DNA of 63,711 nt, counting the filler, from Octopus bimaculoides (Eukaryota), in the NCBI RefSeq assembly GCF_001194135.2. It is 5 parts of 3 records of this genome, joined end to end, with 100 filler letters (N's around TTAATTAATTAA, not from the genome) between each part and the next. Parts side by side here need not be neighbours in the genome. Positions count along the whole stretch, not along the records: positions 1 to 27,877 come from NC_068982.1; 4 more parts are not named here. One strand, given 5' to 3'. Both the position numbers and the translations under genes were made by a program. Shown here piece after piece: positions 12,951-25,270 of this stretch (position 1 is its first letter; each line of letters opens with the position of its first letter). Below the pieces are notes generated by a model. That model had not been told where the DNA came from. It saw nothing but the letters and a program-made list of their open reading frames with translations, and ran no database searches.

Positions 12951-13172
12951 TGTTCCAGTTTGTGACATGCCAAGGCGAAATTTCTCCCTTCCGGTATATA
13001 AGAGACAGTGAATAATACATTCAGTAGAGTTGTTGAATGCTTGCAGCTTAAATGAACAAGTAAACCCACATGTCTTCTGGATAACTGACAAATAAAAACT
13101 GTGTAAATTTTTCCAATGCTTATTCTCCACTTTTTTTTTTTTATATTGTTTAAAATGAGTTCCAGTCAGCTC

Positions 13173-13245
13173 GTCGATCTGTCTCTTGTCGATCTGTCTC
13201 TTGTCGATCTGTCTCTTGTCGATCTGTCTCTTGTCGATCTGTCTC
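13173..13245. repeat. 15-bp tandem repeat GTCGATCTGTCTCTT, 4.9 copies
   Basis: Four exact units plus 13 nt. Confidence 0.97.
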
Positions 13246-13249
13246 GAGT

Positions 13250-13600
13250 GTTTAGTTTTAAGGTCTTTCTCTCAACGCTCTCTACAGGAAACAGTTCTGC
13301 TGTTGGTTTTGTGATCTTGCAGCTTCATGGGAACTTGAATGCTTATGGTGATCCCCGTAGCACCAAAACTTAGGGCAGCAATGACTACCAATCGATATTG
13401 TGCCACAACAGTGACTACAAGCCAAGTGTAACATCATCACTGTCATTCCTTGAGAGTTCATCTTCCCAAACACTGCAGAACCAGCATATACATCGAACTA
13501 TTAAGTACAATTATGGCTTGCCCTTTTTGTCTTTGTCTTCTGTTTTAAAGATGACGCATATAATGCCATACACCTTCACTCTTCCAGTAAAGAAAACTTC
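13250..13600 (-). mobile_element. Probable old RTE LINE C-terminal remnant
   Basis: SHCCPKFWCYGD resembles the RTE RLPKxLLYGE motif; heavily decayed. Confidence 0.35.
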
Positions 13601-13865
13601 ATTTAAAATATCAACCATGGGTATTTCCAAGTTTCACTTCGATGGAACGAATGAAGTTCTCGTATACTTCACAAAGACATAGATAAGTTATCTTTCTCCT
13701 CCTCGCCGCGCCTCTTAGGAATTATTGTAGGCTGGCGCTTGACTTCCAGGAGATCATTTTTTTAGTGTAAAGTTCTATAAAGAACATTTTCGAAAGAACG
13801 TTTTGGGGTTAGATTTTCGTTATTAATATTTACACTGGACATGCTGTGTGTATGTCTACTATTGT

Positions 13866-14246
13866 GGAGGCGCAATAGCCCAGTGGTTAGGGCAGCGGAC
13901 TCGCGGTCATAAGATCGAGGTTTCGATTCCCAGACCGGGCGTTGTGAGTGCTTATTGAGAGAAAACACCTAAAGCTCCACGAGGCTCCGGCAGGGGGTAG
14001 TGGTGAACTCTGTTGTACTCTTTCACCACAACTTTCTCTCACTCCTTCTTCCTGTTTCTGTTGTACCTGTATTTCAAAAGGCCAGCCTTGTCACGCTATG
14101 TGTCACGCTGAGTCTTCCTGAGAACTACGTTAAGGGTACACGTGTCTGTGGAGTGCTCAGCCACTTGCACGTTAATTTCATGAGCAGGCTGTTCCGTTGA
14201 TCGAATCAACTGGAACCCTCGACGTCGTAACCGACAAAGTGCCACG
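13866..14246 (+). mobile_element. tRNA-derived SINE, family B, full-length
   Basis: A-box TAGCCCAGTGG and B-box GTTTCGATTCC; the 3' part recurs at 38640-38725. Cannot assign it to a named octopus family by eye. Confidence 0.85.
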
Positions 14247-14664
14247 TTATGTCTACTATCATTTTTGTTTTACCAAACTTGTATATTATGCTATTTGTTC
14301 CTATTGGAGTGCTATTATTTTTCTTTTCGTTTTCTGTCAATTATTTTTTGTTTATTTGTTTTTTAATCATTAATACGTATTTTTTTTTGTTCATTAATTT
14401 ATAATTTGTTTTTTTATTCTTTTTCATTTGGTGTTTTTCACCTTGTTTATTTCAGTCTTTTCGAGCAGAGGATCAGAGAGATGAAGTCGTTTTTACCCTT
14501 TTATGTGTGTGTTTCATTTTTTTTTTCGTTTTTCTTACCCTAGCATTGAACGGTGATAAAAATATTTCTTTTTTTTGGAACTGATACTCGAAGTACCTGC
14601 AAAGCTATAACTAATAGCATGCCAATATTAGCTTGAAAAACCCTTTTGGATAGAAAAAGTCAAA

Positions 14665-14737
14665 GGCTGTCCATGGGATTCGAACCCACATGCCCTATAG
14701 ACATGACAGGCGTTCTACCATTGTGTCAACGCAATCC
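14665..14737 (-). other. tRNA-like fragment (pseudo-tRNA or SINE head)
   Basis: A-box TGACACAATGG, stem CCTGT/ATAGG, T-arm GTGGG-TTCGAAT-CCCAT; acceptor stem does not pair. Confidence 0.55.
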
Positions 14738-15251
14738 TTAGAATTTCTCTGTCCCTTTTAGAAACTTTATTCTTGCCAGTGAGGATTGTACGCTATCATT
14801 TATAGTGTTAATGTACTTCAAGAAACAATTCTAAAAACGGATTATTCTAACTTCTCTCAAAAGTTTATAAATTCTTATGATGTCAGCCAATAAAAATATT
14901 TTTGTCTAACCCTAGTAAGGGGGAGACTTTCCAATATAGTACAATGAAGATCCTTTTCTGAAATAAAAGGTAAATGAAAATTAATTTCTTCACTAACATT
15001 TGTGAAAATGAACAAGCAAATATCGCAGAACATCAGACAGAAAACAACAACAACAACAACAGCAACAACAGCAACAGTAGCAGCAGTAACAACAATAATA
15101 ATATTTTATCAAGATGAACGTAACTCTTCACGAAAGTCAATAGACAATAAGAAGAGTGCAGTGTGATTTGTAATAGACTGTTTATTTAACGGTTATTTAA
15201 TATTTCAACAGATCGTCAGTCTTCTAATAATAATAATAACTATAATAATAA

Positions 15252-15497
<246 letters not shown>

Positions 15498-16022
15498 AAA
15501 AATTGAAAAAAGATGGTATAGGCATACTCCAAAAAAGATCTCAGAAGATGACAAACCAACCATACTCTGCCTTATGCCAATACACACAGATAGAGAAATC
15601 AAGGCTTATAGACCGGGTGTAGTTGTCTGAGATCATCAAGAAAAAATGCCTTCTAATCGATGTATCAATACCAACATATGGCAATGTATCTCTAAAAGAA
15701 TTGGAAGAAACTCTCAAAATACAAAGATCTGGAAATAGAGATAACCTGAATGTGGAGTCTAAAAACAGAAGCAATCCCTATAATAATAAGTGCATTAGGT
15801 ATGATTAAAAACATTTAGAGAAATGCATAACCAAAATACCAGGGCTTACGAATATATATAGCATACCGAAAATAGAACAACTAGGCACCGCACATATCTT
15901 GCGTACAGTACATTCAATACAGTGAAAATAACAACACTAAAACAAACCACAGCACATACCCAAGGCACACAGAGCTGCGCTCGGTAGCGCAGTGAAAGTT
16001 CGTGCTAAAAATAAGACTACTC
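15498..16022 (+). mobile_element. 5'-truncated R4/Dong-like non-LTR retrotransposon, restriction-like endonuclease end
   Basis: WYRHTP..MPIHTDREIKAYRPGVVV, CLLIDVSIP, LSKYKDLEIEI, IPIIISALG (decayed PD-(D/E)xK domain); followed directly by (TAA)n at 16023-16080. Confidence 0.85.
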
Positions 16023-16080
<58 letters not shown>

Positions 16081-16082
<2 letters not shown>

Positions 16083-16270
16083 CCTTTCTACTATAAGTTC
16101 AAGGCCTGAAATTTGGCGAGAGGAGATAGTCGGTTACATCGCTCCTAATACTCCACCGTACTTAAGATGAAAGGCGAAGTCAACCACAGCAGAATCTGAA
16201 ATCGGAACCTAAACCCAGAAGAAATGGAACTAAGGATTTTGTCCGGCGCAGTAACGTTCCTGCTAATTCT
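16081..16270 (-). mobile_element. SINE family A, degenerate
   Basis: Similar to 2583-2800. Confidence 0.7.
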
Positions 16271-16662
16271 TATTTAAATACAAGACTAACAATTTTGAGG
16301 GGAAGAAGTTAATCGGTAGCAGTGACTTCAGTACTTGACTGGTACTTTATTGTATCGATTTCGAGAAGAGAAGGAAATCAGGTATAAGTAAGTGTTTAGG
16401 GGTTCTGAAATCTGAATACATAAGGACTAAGGTAATATGAAAATCCCATCTGAACAGTGAAAATGCTAGCACAAATGTCAGATGACGTTCTCTAACCAGT
16501 CGTCTGCTACGGTGCAAGCAGCGTCAGAGAAATAAAATAATATCAAAATAAATATCAATTATTTCCACACTCGTGTCTGTTGCTGACACTTTTATTTTAC
16601 TAACTGCGACTCCCATTGAAACTTATGGACGACAAATATGAAACACACACAGACGCACACGC

Positions 16663-16669
16663 TCATACA

Positions 16670-16730
<61 letters not shown>
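16663..16730. repeat. (TACA)n array at the 5' junction of the R4-like element
   Basis: Direct reading. Confidence 0.95.
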
Positions 16731-16732
<2 letters not shown>

Positions 16733-18050
16733 TTTACAAAGGCATCTGTAACAAAACACGTGTCACTAAAGGATATTACAGCCGAATAAAGAAAATTTGG
16801 ACCTCAGAATCCTCTGCATTCAATAAAACAGTGGCCCACATTGTTTGCAGTACCAGTACTCATACCAACATTTGGGCTGCTTGATTGGACGCTTGCTGAG
16901 ATCTGAGCCATTGATGTGAGAACCCGAAAAATACTAATAAGCACACCTAATTTCCACATAAACAATGACATAGACCGCCTCAACCTAAAACGAAAAGAAG
17001 GCGGAAGAGGCTTAACATCGATCTAAAATGCATTTGAATGTCACATCATATCCCTTCGGCAACATCTTTTAACCACCAAGTTTCGAAGTGCATCCCTTGA
17101 CCAAGTTTGCATACATGAGGCTGATCTGATAACATCATAAGACTTGGATGACAACTCCTTGAGCAACACTCTTTATCTGATAACCTAGAATACATGCCCA
17201 AAGAAGCCGCAAAACTACCGCAACGTATCATCAAATGACCCGATATGAGAAGACTATGCAGGGATATGTTAGTAGAAAGCTCCGAGATGATAGTAACATT
17301 GATCATCAAAGCAGTCTATCATGGACCAATAGCCGGATTACTACCTTCCACTTTGAAAGGTATGCGTTCGCAATCCAGGAACAGGAAATATCAACCACGT
17401 ACCTGATGCACAAAAGGGATAGAGATGCAGGAACAGCAGCAAAATGTGACAACCGATGCAGACTCAGTGGAGTTAACACCGAAGATATCACCCACATCAT
17501 AAGCAATTGTCCGAAAATGTCATCACTGTATTCTCTACCGATGAGACATGATGTGGTAGCTAGGACACTCTCTAATGAAATCCGTCGGAAAGATAATACC
17601 GAGGACAAAGAAATAAGAATTCACAGTATGGCAGAAGTCATAGCCACTCATAATAAAAAAGAGTACTGGTGGAATGTCCCAGTGAAAACCTCAACAGACC
17701 TGATATAAGGTTTTGAGATAGAGAAGAGAAACTGTGTACAGCTGTGGAAATTAGCTGCCCAGCGAGTGTTAACATAAAGCTGAAGATCAGTGAAAAAGAG
17801 ACTACCTGCAGTTACTCTATCCAGATTACAAGTTCAAGTTTATACCTGTAATTATTGGGGACTTGGGATAAGTAACACACTGCCTAAATCTTGAGAAATT
17901 AGGCTTCTCAAAACCAAAAAGGAGAAAGCTAATTCGAAGACTATAGATCCAATCCATCATTGGAACTGTAAAAATCTGTAAAACTTTCCAGAAGTTTATC
18001 ATTTAAGTATTTGAGCATGTCTAGATAAGCAACTATATGCATGAGAATAC
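16733..18050 (+). mobile_element. 5'-truncated R4/Dong-like retrotransposon, second family
   Basis: AVPVLIPTFG, IDRLNLKRKEGGRGL, zinc knuckle CRLS..EDITHIISNCP..RHDVVA, VEISCP, IPVIIG; multiple stops and frameshifts. Confidence 0.88.
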
Positions 18051-18082
18051 ATACATAAAGCAAAAGGTACAAATGTGCACAT

Positions 18083-18206
18083 ATCCATCCATCCATCCAT
18101 CCATACATACATACATACATACATACATACATGCATACATGCATACATACATACACACATACATACATACATACATACATACATACATACATACATACAT
18201 ACATAC
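18083..18206. repeat. (TCCA)n/(TACA)n array between two LINE 3' ends
   Basis: Direct reading. Confidence 0.95.
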
Positions 18207-18207
18207 A

Positions 18208-20602
18208 GATTCGAATACAGTGAATGCATACACTGACATACACTGCATTCAAAGGTGTGCTCAGACATATAGGCAGAATAGTTGGTGAAGGTTCGTTGTC
18301 CATGGGTTCGCAGATGAGATTTGAGCCCAGCAAAAAACAGGCATGCTCTGTCACAAACTGTGCACACAAAAAGGTCATTGTCATTCACCTTCTCGATCGT
18401 AACATTCTTCCTTAGGTCTCTTTTGAGTCTTACATGCGTTATCCTGGCTCTTCAAATGCTTTCACCGCACTCCACACTTTTGTTCACCATCCAACGCGAT
18501 CCAAAGCAAGGGTTTCTGTCTTCTGGATCTATTCCAAGTGACTTCATAGTAGTCATGCCGTCCTTAAATCTTTTTTTTTTAGCTTTTCCCCTCAGGAAGC
18601 TCACCATAAAACAGCTGCTTCGGCATGCGCTCATCCGCCATTCGAACAATATGGGCACACCATCTCATTTGGTTCTTCAAAATCATAGCTTTAATTGAAG
18701 TGATGCCTGCAGATCCAAGGACATCTGTGTTTGGAGTAAAAGAACTTCATTTAATGTTTAAATTGCGATGAAGGCATTTTTGGTGGAATTGTTCTAACAA
18801 TTTAAATGCCTTTCATAAGAAGTCCATGTTTCACAAGAATACAACAGGGATGGTAAGACAAATGATTTGTAAAGAGCCAGCTTTGTATTTTTATTTATAT
18901 GTCGCTGGAATCAAACGCGTGACTCCAAACCTCCAAATGCTTTTGCTGCCCTTTGAATTCACAGCTGTATTTCTGTATCAAGATTTCCAACATTTTGTAC
19001 AGAGCTTCCAAAGTAAGATGAACGAATCGACAACCTCAAGTAACTTACTCTTAACAAAAATTTTAGTAGGGTTAATTTTTTTCAAGTTGATGGTCAAGCC
19101 AAAGTCATCACAAGCCGAGTCAAATGCAGATACAAGAGACTGCAGACCTGTTTCAGAATGACTGACAAGATCGCAATCGTCAGCGTATAAAAGTTCCCTA
19201 ATAAGTGAAGTAAAAAAAACCCTTCGTTTTGAATTTCAGTCTGGTCAGATTAAAAACGTTCCCTGTTGTTCGATATTTTATGTAAATGCCCTCTTCAGAG
19301 TTTTGAAAAGCATGTGACAACACAACAGGAAAGTATATTGCAAAGAGGATGGGTGCATCAAGGTCTCCTTGCTTTACTCTATTTTCCACAACAAAAGATT
19401 CAGAGAGCCTACCACCAAAGTTAACTCTAGCTNNNNNNNNNNTCAAATGCAGATACAAGAGACTGCAGACCTGTTTCAGAATGACTGACAAGATCGCAAT
19501 CGTCAGCGTATAAAAGTTCCCTAATAAGTGAAGTAAAAAAAACCCTTCGTTTTGAATTTCAGTCTGGTCAGATTAAAAACGTTCCCTGTTGTTCGATATT
19601 TTATGTAAATGCCCTCTTCAGAGTTTTGAAAAGCATGTGACAACACAACAGGAAAGTATATTGCAAAGAGGATGGGTGCATCAAGGTCTCCTTGCTTTAC
19701 TCTATTTTCCACAACAAAAGATTCAGAGAGCCTACCACCAAAGTTAACTCTAGCTTTCATATCTTGATGGAAAGCCCTGATCATGTTTACAAATTTTTCT
19801 GGGCAACCTATTTTCCTAAGAAAGCTGAGGTCGATTTTCCACAGAGAATTTCGATTAACAGTAACGAATGCTTTGCTTAAATCAACGAAGGAATGGTATA
19901 AAGCAAGATTCTATTCAATACACTTTTCTTGTAATTGTCTGATAGTAAAGATACAATTAACTGTGCCCCTGGAGGAGCGAAAACCACACTGAGACTTAGA
20001 CACTATATCTGAAACTATAAAGGTATTTAAACTTTCTAACAAAATGCGGGCGAGCACCTTTCCAACCACAGACAAAAGGGAAATCCCACGAAAATTACCA
20101 CACAGATCCTTTGGCCCCGATTTATATAAGGAGACAAGAATGGCATCAATCCAGTCTTGAGGCACTTTCTCATTTCTCCAACAGTGACAAATTAAAATAT
20201 TTAAGAGTTCCATCATTTTGTCACCCCCATATTTCAAGACTTCTGCACAGATTCCATCAGATCCTGGAGACTTGTTGTTATTCAGCTTATTCACAGCTAA
20301 ATAAATGTCATTTAGAGTTGGTTCAAATGCCATCTCTTCTATAACTGGAAGTTGTTCAATTTTCTATCGTCCTCATATTAACGGATGGTGGTCTATTCAA
20401 AAGTGCAGAGAAATGTTCTACCCAACGCTTATGAATAGAAGCGGTGTCAGTCAGAAGAAAACATCCATCTTCTGTTCTCACTGGAGCTATTGAGGAAGAT
20501 TTGGGGTCATATATCTCCTTGACATAAGAGTACAAACCCTTGGCATAAATTCTCTCAGCTGTTTTTGTGCTCCTTTTGCTCTACCATTCCACCATTCCTG
20601 TT
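18208..20602 (-). mobile_element. 5'-truncated RTE-clade LINE (RT plus C-terminal zinc fingers), decayed
   Basis: KRWVEHFSALLNR, KSPGSDG, NFRGISLLSVVGK, QCGFRSSRGT, VKQGDLDAPILFAIYF, CTVCDRAC..GLKSHLRTH and FECSVCQ. Confidence 0.93.
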
Positions 20603-20848
20603 TAATACATACATACATACATAGATACATACATACATGTACATAGAAACACAATCAATATTGATAGCGGGGAGTCAAACATAGTAGTTACTATATGACA
20701 ATTTAAAAACATTTCTAACTTATAAGATAGTGGGTGTGACAGAGAGGAAGGGAGAATGTGAGAGAGAGAGTGAGAGAGCGAGATAGATAGACACATGTAG
20801 ACAGAGACTGTGAATTATCTAATACACATGTCATTAAGAGCAGCCTTC

Positions 20849-21066
20849 AAGACGGCGAGATGGCTGAATACTTAGCACACCGAACAAAATACTTAGCAGC
20901 ATTTCGTCCGCTTTTACGTTCTGAGTTCAAATACCGCTGAGGTTGATTTTGCATTTCATTCTTTAGAGGTCAATAAAATAATTACCAGTTGAGCGCTGGG
21001 GTCGATGTAATCGACTTAACCCTCACCTCGAAATTGCTGGCCTTGTGTCAAAATTTGTAACCACTG
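20849..21066 (+). mobile_element. SINE family A
   Basis: Similar to 2583-2800. Confidence 0.8.
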
Positions 21067-21396
21067 ATAATGGAACATATATTTCTCCTGATTATGTAAT
21101 GGAATGAGGGCTGAGTCTGCATAGTGAATAAAGCTTCACTTGTTTTCCTTTCTTTTTATACGTAACTATATTCCTCTCTTTCTCTCTTTCCTTCTGTTGG
21201 TTTGGTGTTGTAATATTGACTTTTTAACTTTCTATTCACCGTTCCACCTCTTTCTTTCTCCCCCTCACTCTCTCCTCTCAAGCTCTAGCTATGCTATATA
21301 CTCTACAACGTGATATATTTGTGTTTATAGCCAAACACTGTGAGCAAACATACAGTCGTAAACACATTGATCTTTATATACAATAACATATTGGAT

Positions 21397-21442
21397 CAGC
21401 CTGACTGCTTTCAATCCTGTATTGGGATTTCATCAGCGACCG
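21397..21442 (-). ncRNA. Type I hammerhead-ribozyme-like motif
   Basis: CGGTCG-CTGATGA-AATCC-CAATACA-GGATT-GAAA-GCA-GTC-AGGCTG: intact core, 5-bp stem II, GUC site; stems I and III imperfect. Confidence 0.6.
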
Positions 21443-21489
21443 AACACTCTCCATAAGTAACCATGGTGACAATGGTTATAAGCTCCCTT

Positions 21490-21600
21490 TTAGTAAGCAT
21501 GCTTCCCAACCATGTGATATTGGGTTCAATCCCACAGCACGGTGCTTTGGGCAAATGTCTTGTACTATAGCACCGAGCCGACCAAAGTTCTGTGAGACAA
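21490..21600 (+). mobile_element. tRNA-derived SINE family C, 5' fragment
   Basis: GGGTTCAATCCCAC B-box-like segment and GGGCAAATGTCTT..CTATAGC core. Confidence 0.7.
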
Positions 21601-21889
21601 ATTATTATGAACAAATTATTCCTCTTCAAAATAAAACAAAAGATCGGAGCAGAGTTGAAACGATTTTCAAATTCATTTTGATGAAAAAATTAACTATGTG
21701 TCACATGGTAAGCATTCAAAATGACTTCGATATATCGATTAGGGATCACTGTATCAGCATCTTTACAGATGAAAAATAATTTCTTCTTCCGGGTTAAAGG
21801 AATGTTGTTTTATTTTAGAGAAAAATACAACTTTTATTTTATTTTGTTTGAAACAATATTTCACGATGCTTAATAGAAATATTCCTGTA

Positions 21890-22310
21890 TCTTTTGTCTT
21901 TTACTTGTCTTGAACATTGGACAGCAACCATGCCGTGATGTGTTTTAGTCGAAGAAATCTAACCCAGTACATATTTCTTTAATGTTTGGTATTATTTCTA
22001 TCAGTCTTCTATATCGAACCACTAAGTTGTGGAAACATAAACAAACCAGTACCGGTTATCAAGCAGTTTTGAGGGACAAACACCCACTACAAACCCACCT
22101 ACACGAATACATACACATACATACATACATATATGTACACACATCTATACACGACGGACGTGTATACATTTTCCGTTTACCAAATCCACAAGGTTTTCCT
22201 GAACCTGGGGACCATAAAAGAAGACACTTGCTCAAGATTTCACGCAGTGGAACTGAACCGGAAACCATTTGACTGAGAAGCAAACTTTTTAACCACACTG
22301 ACACACAAGA
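21890..22310 (-). mobile_element. SINE family C, degenerate near full length
   Basis: Head near 22300, internal TATG tract, 3' tail near 21890. Confidence 0.7.
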
Positions 22311-22696
22311 TAAAGAAGGACCAAAAAATTATCGTGGCTCACATTTAGCGTCTAAGGGGCGGGGGGGGTGAAAATCACCAACCGAGAATACATAAGTGGT
22401 TTTACTCGTCAACCAGCGAACTACGGTGATGGTTTGATCAGTGGTCGTACAAACAGCAGAATCTTCCTTCTGTCGTGAAGAGGTTGAGTTAACTCCCACA
22501 TTCCAAATGAAAGACGAATATCATTTTTCATGGGTATTGCATGGCNNNNNNNNNNNNNNNNNNNNNNNNNNNNNNNNNNNNNNNNNNNNNNNNNNNNNNN
22601 NNNNNNNNNNNNNNNNNNNNNNNNNNNNNNNNNNNNNNNNNNNNNNNNNNNNNNNNNNNNNNNNNNNNNNNNNNNNNNNNNNNNNNNNNNNNNNNN

Positions 22697-22772
<76 letters not shown>

Positions 22773-22997
22773 AGTGGGAGCACATAAGAGCAACTAGAAC
22801 TTGAATACCAAAGCAAAATAAATTGTTTTATTATTGTTGAAAAACTTCATAAACTGTTACACCGAGTTTCATATAATCAATGATCTAAGAGAAGTGAACT
22901 TCGGGAGTTTCACTTCTGTCTGATGCTCAGTTGCGTGAAACAAGGTATAACACTTTGTGAAGCTTTTCACCTACAATAAAACGCTGTGTACATACGA

Positions 22998-23034
<37 letters not shown>

Positions 23035-23405
23035 AACACTACACATACACATTAATGAGAAGAAAATAAGTGGTGGATTCAATGTCATATTACAGAATAT
23101 ATATAAACATTTTAGACAACACTGTATGTGATAAACGGATCTAAACATCTTGACTTGATATATATATTCGTGGACTTAAAACCAAGGATCAGCCGGAGTA
23201 GTTGCAATCCTATGCACTCTCTTTGTCGGCTGACAGTCACATTACTTACAAATCCGCTTTTATCAAAAGATTAACCAAATGTGATAAACTGTTTTCACAT
23301 ATACTTTAGACATATTCTATACTACAATATATAGCATTGAAACAACACACTATTAGCGAACCAATAATTTATTTATTAAACTATCCGCCAAAAAATATAA
23401 TCCAC

Positions 23406-23465
23406 GGTGGTGCTCTAGCATGACTGCAGCCGCATAGCTGAAACGCGTAAAAGAATAAAAGAATA
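23406..23465 (+). repeat. Solo 3' tail of the SINE C/CR1-like LINE type
   Basis: GGTGCTCTAGCATGACTG-CAGCCGCATAGCTG-AAACGCGTAAAAGAATAAAAG. Confidence 0.75.
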
Positions 23466-23472
23466 CAAGCAT

Positions 23473-23570
23473 AGGCGCAGGAGTGGCTGTGTGCTAAGTA
23501 GCTTGCTTAGCAACCACATGGTTCTGGGTTCAGTACCACTACGTGGAACCTTGGCAGGTGTTTTCTTGTT
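23473..23570 (+). mobile_element. SINE family C head
   Basis: GGCGCAGGAGTGGCTGTGTG..GGGTTCAGTACC; matches 53283-53450. Confidence 0.85.
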
Positions 23571-23977
23571 ATATTATATTATATTATATTATATTCATAG
23601 TATATTATGTTATATCATAATATAAATAAATTATTGGATTGTCGATTGTATCTCTCTGCTTAATTTATTGTTTGCAATTTGCAGTATACCCCTATTTTTC
23701 TGGTATTCAACTGACGTACCAGTGAATTGGATGTTTTACACCCCACTTTGAAGGAATTCCTTTCCTTAGTTTGTTACTTTATATATATAGGTGTGTGTGT
23801 GTGTGTACGTGTGTGTGTGCGTGTGTGTAAGGGCCTGCTCACCTAGCCAGCGGGGTGGCGTCATTTGAAGGCTAAAATAATGCAATAAGGCATTGTGACC
23901 AGCGATGTGTAACAACACCTGACAGCTTGGTCGGTCACGTGATCATGTGATATATATATATATATACACTACGGGTT

Positions 23978-24017
<40 letters not shown>

Positions 24018-24631
24018 TATGTGTATAAAGATATACATACACACGCACACATATATAACTGTTAACTGCTAACAAACCTGGATGAGATGGAGCTTTAATC
24101 AATAGATTATTGGTTCATTGATCGAATACATTCAGTTAAAGAGTTATTGATCAGTATATCAGTAACTGATGGATTTCTTTTATGCGATAATCCATTCTCA
24201 ACTCCTTGTCTATCTTTACATCTGGAACTATCTTGTGTTTGTTCCTCAATCTGACGTTATTCCATATAGAATCATTTAATTTCTGAAAAAAGATAATCGT
24301 TTTTATTGATGTTATTGATTAACCCCTGGTTATCTTTAATCCAGCAGATCTGTCTCAGCTGTGACCATCCCGCCTTTTTCATTATTCTCTATTTTTACTA
24401 AGGTTGAGTACGATTTGAATTAGATTTAGCGGGTATTTTTAGCAGGAATTCCTCGTCTTTTTGCTGAGATAGTTTTATGAAGAATTTATTGACATTGGGT
24501 AGATTTGTAATTCTTTGAGTCCTTAAGTTACTCCTCTAGAATTTATTGTCCAACAATAGTGGTAGTCTTTTCCCAGACCCTTACTTCCAGATGCAAACTT
24601 TACATATGAAAGTTAAAAATAGAAATTATTA

Positions 24632-24838
24632 CTAGCAGAATTGTTACGCGCTGGGCGAAATGCTGTTAGGCATTTCGTCCGTCTTCACGTTCTGAGTTCA
24701 AATTCCACCGAGATTGACTTTACCTTTCATCCTTTCAGGGTCGAGAAAATAGATACCAGTGAAACATTGTGGTCGATGTAATCGACTAGTTCCCTCCCGC
24801 CAAATTTCAGGTTTTGTGCTTTTAGTAGAAAGGATTAT
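24632..24838 (+). mobile_element. SINE family A
   Basis: Similar to 2583-2800. Confidence 0.82.
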
Positions 24839-24850
24839 TACAAAAACTAA

Positions 24851-25059
24851 TAATCCTTTCAGACATAAGGCCTGAAATTTTGGGGCGCGGTTGAGTTGAT
24901 TGCATCGGCCTAAGTGCTCGTCTGGTAAGTATTTTATCGACCCTGAAAGAATGAAAAGATAAATGAACTTCGGTGGAATTTGAACCCAGAACTCATTGAC
25001 GGACGAAATGTCGCTAAGCATTTTGTTTGGTGTGCTGTCAATTATGCCAACTCGCCGCC
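24851..25059 (-). mobile_element. SINE family A, tail-to-tail with the previous copy
   Basis: Similar to 2583-2800. Confidence 0.82.
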
Positions 25060-25065
25060 ACAAAA

Positions 25066-25270
25066 ATAATAATGGTTCCAAATTTTAGCCAAGGTCAGCA
25101 ATATGGTTGAGGGGTAAGCCGATTACATCGACCCCTGTGCTCAACTGGTGCTATTTTGTCGAAAAGATGAAGGGCAAAGTTTCTCCTGGAGGAATTTGGA
25201 TGTAAAGACGGACGAAATAACACTAAGCATTTTGCGTGGCACAGTAACAATTCTGCCAGTTCGCCACCAT
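25066..25270 (-). mobile_element. SINE family A
   Basis: Similar to 2583-2800. Confidence 0.75.

Noticed and set aside
13173-13245. CRISPR-like array
   Set aside because: Contiguous repeats with no spacers, no cas genes, eukaryotic context.
13866-13945. tRNA-like heads here and at 23473, 34026 and 53283 as tRNA genes
   Set aside because: They continue into multi-copy SINE bodies and lack a proper cloverleaf.
19120-19755. 313-bp direct repeat inside the RTE (19120-19432 and 19443-19755)
   Set aside because: Apparently identical copies separated by a 10-N gap; typical unmerged contig overlap.
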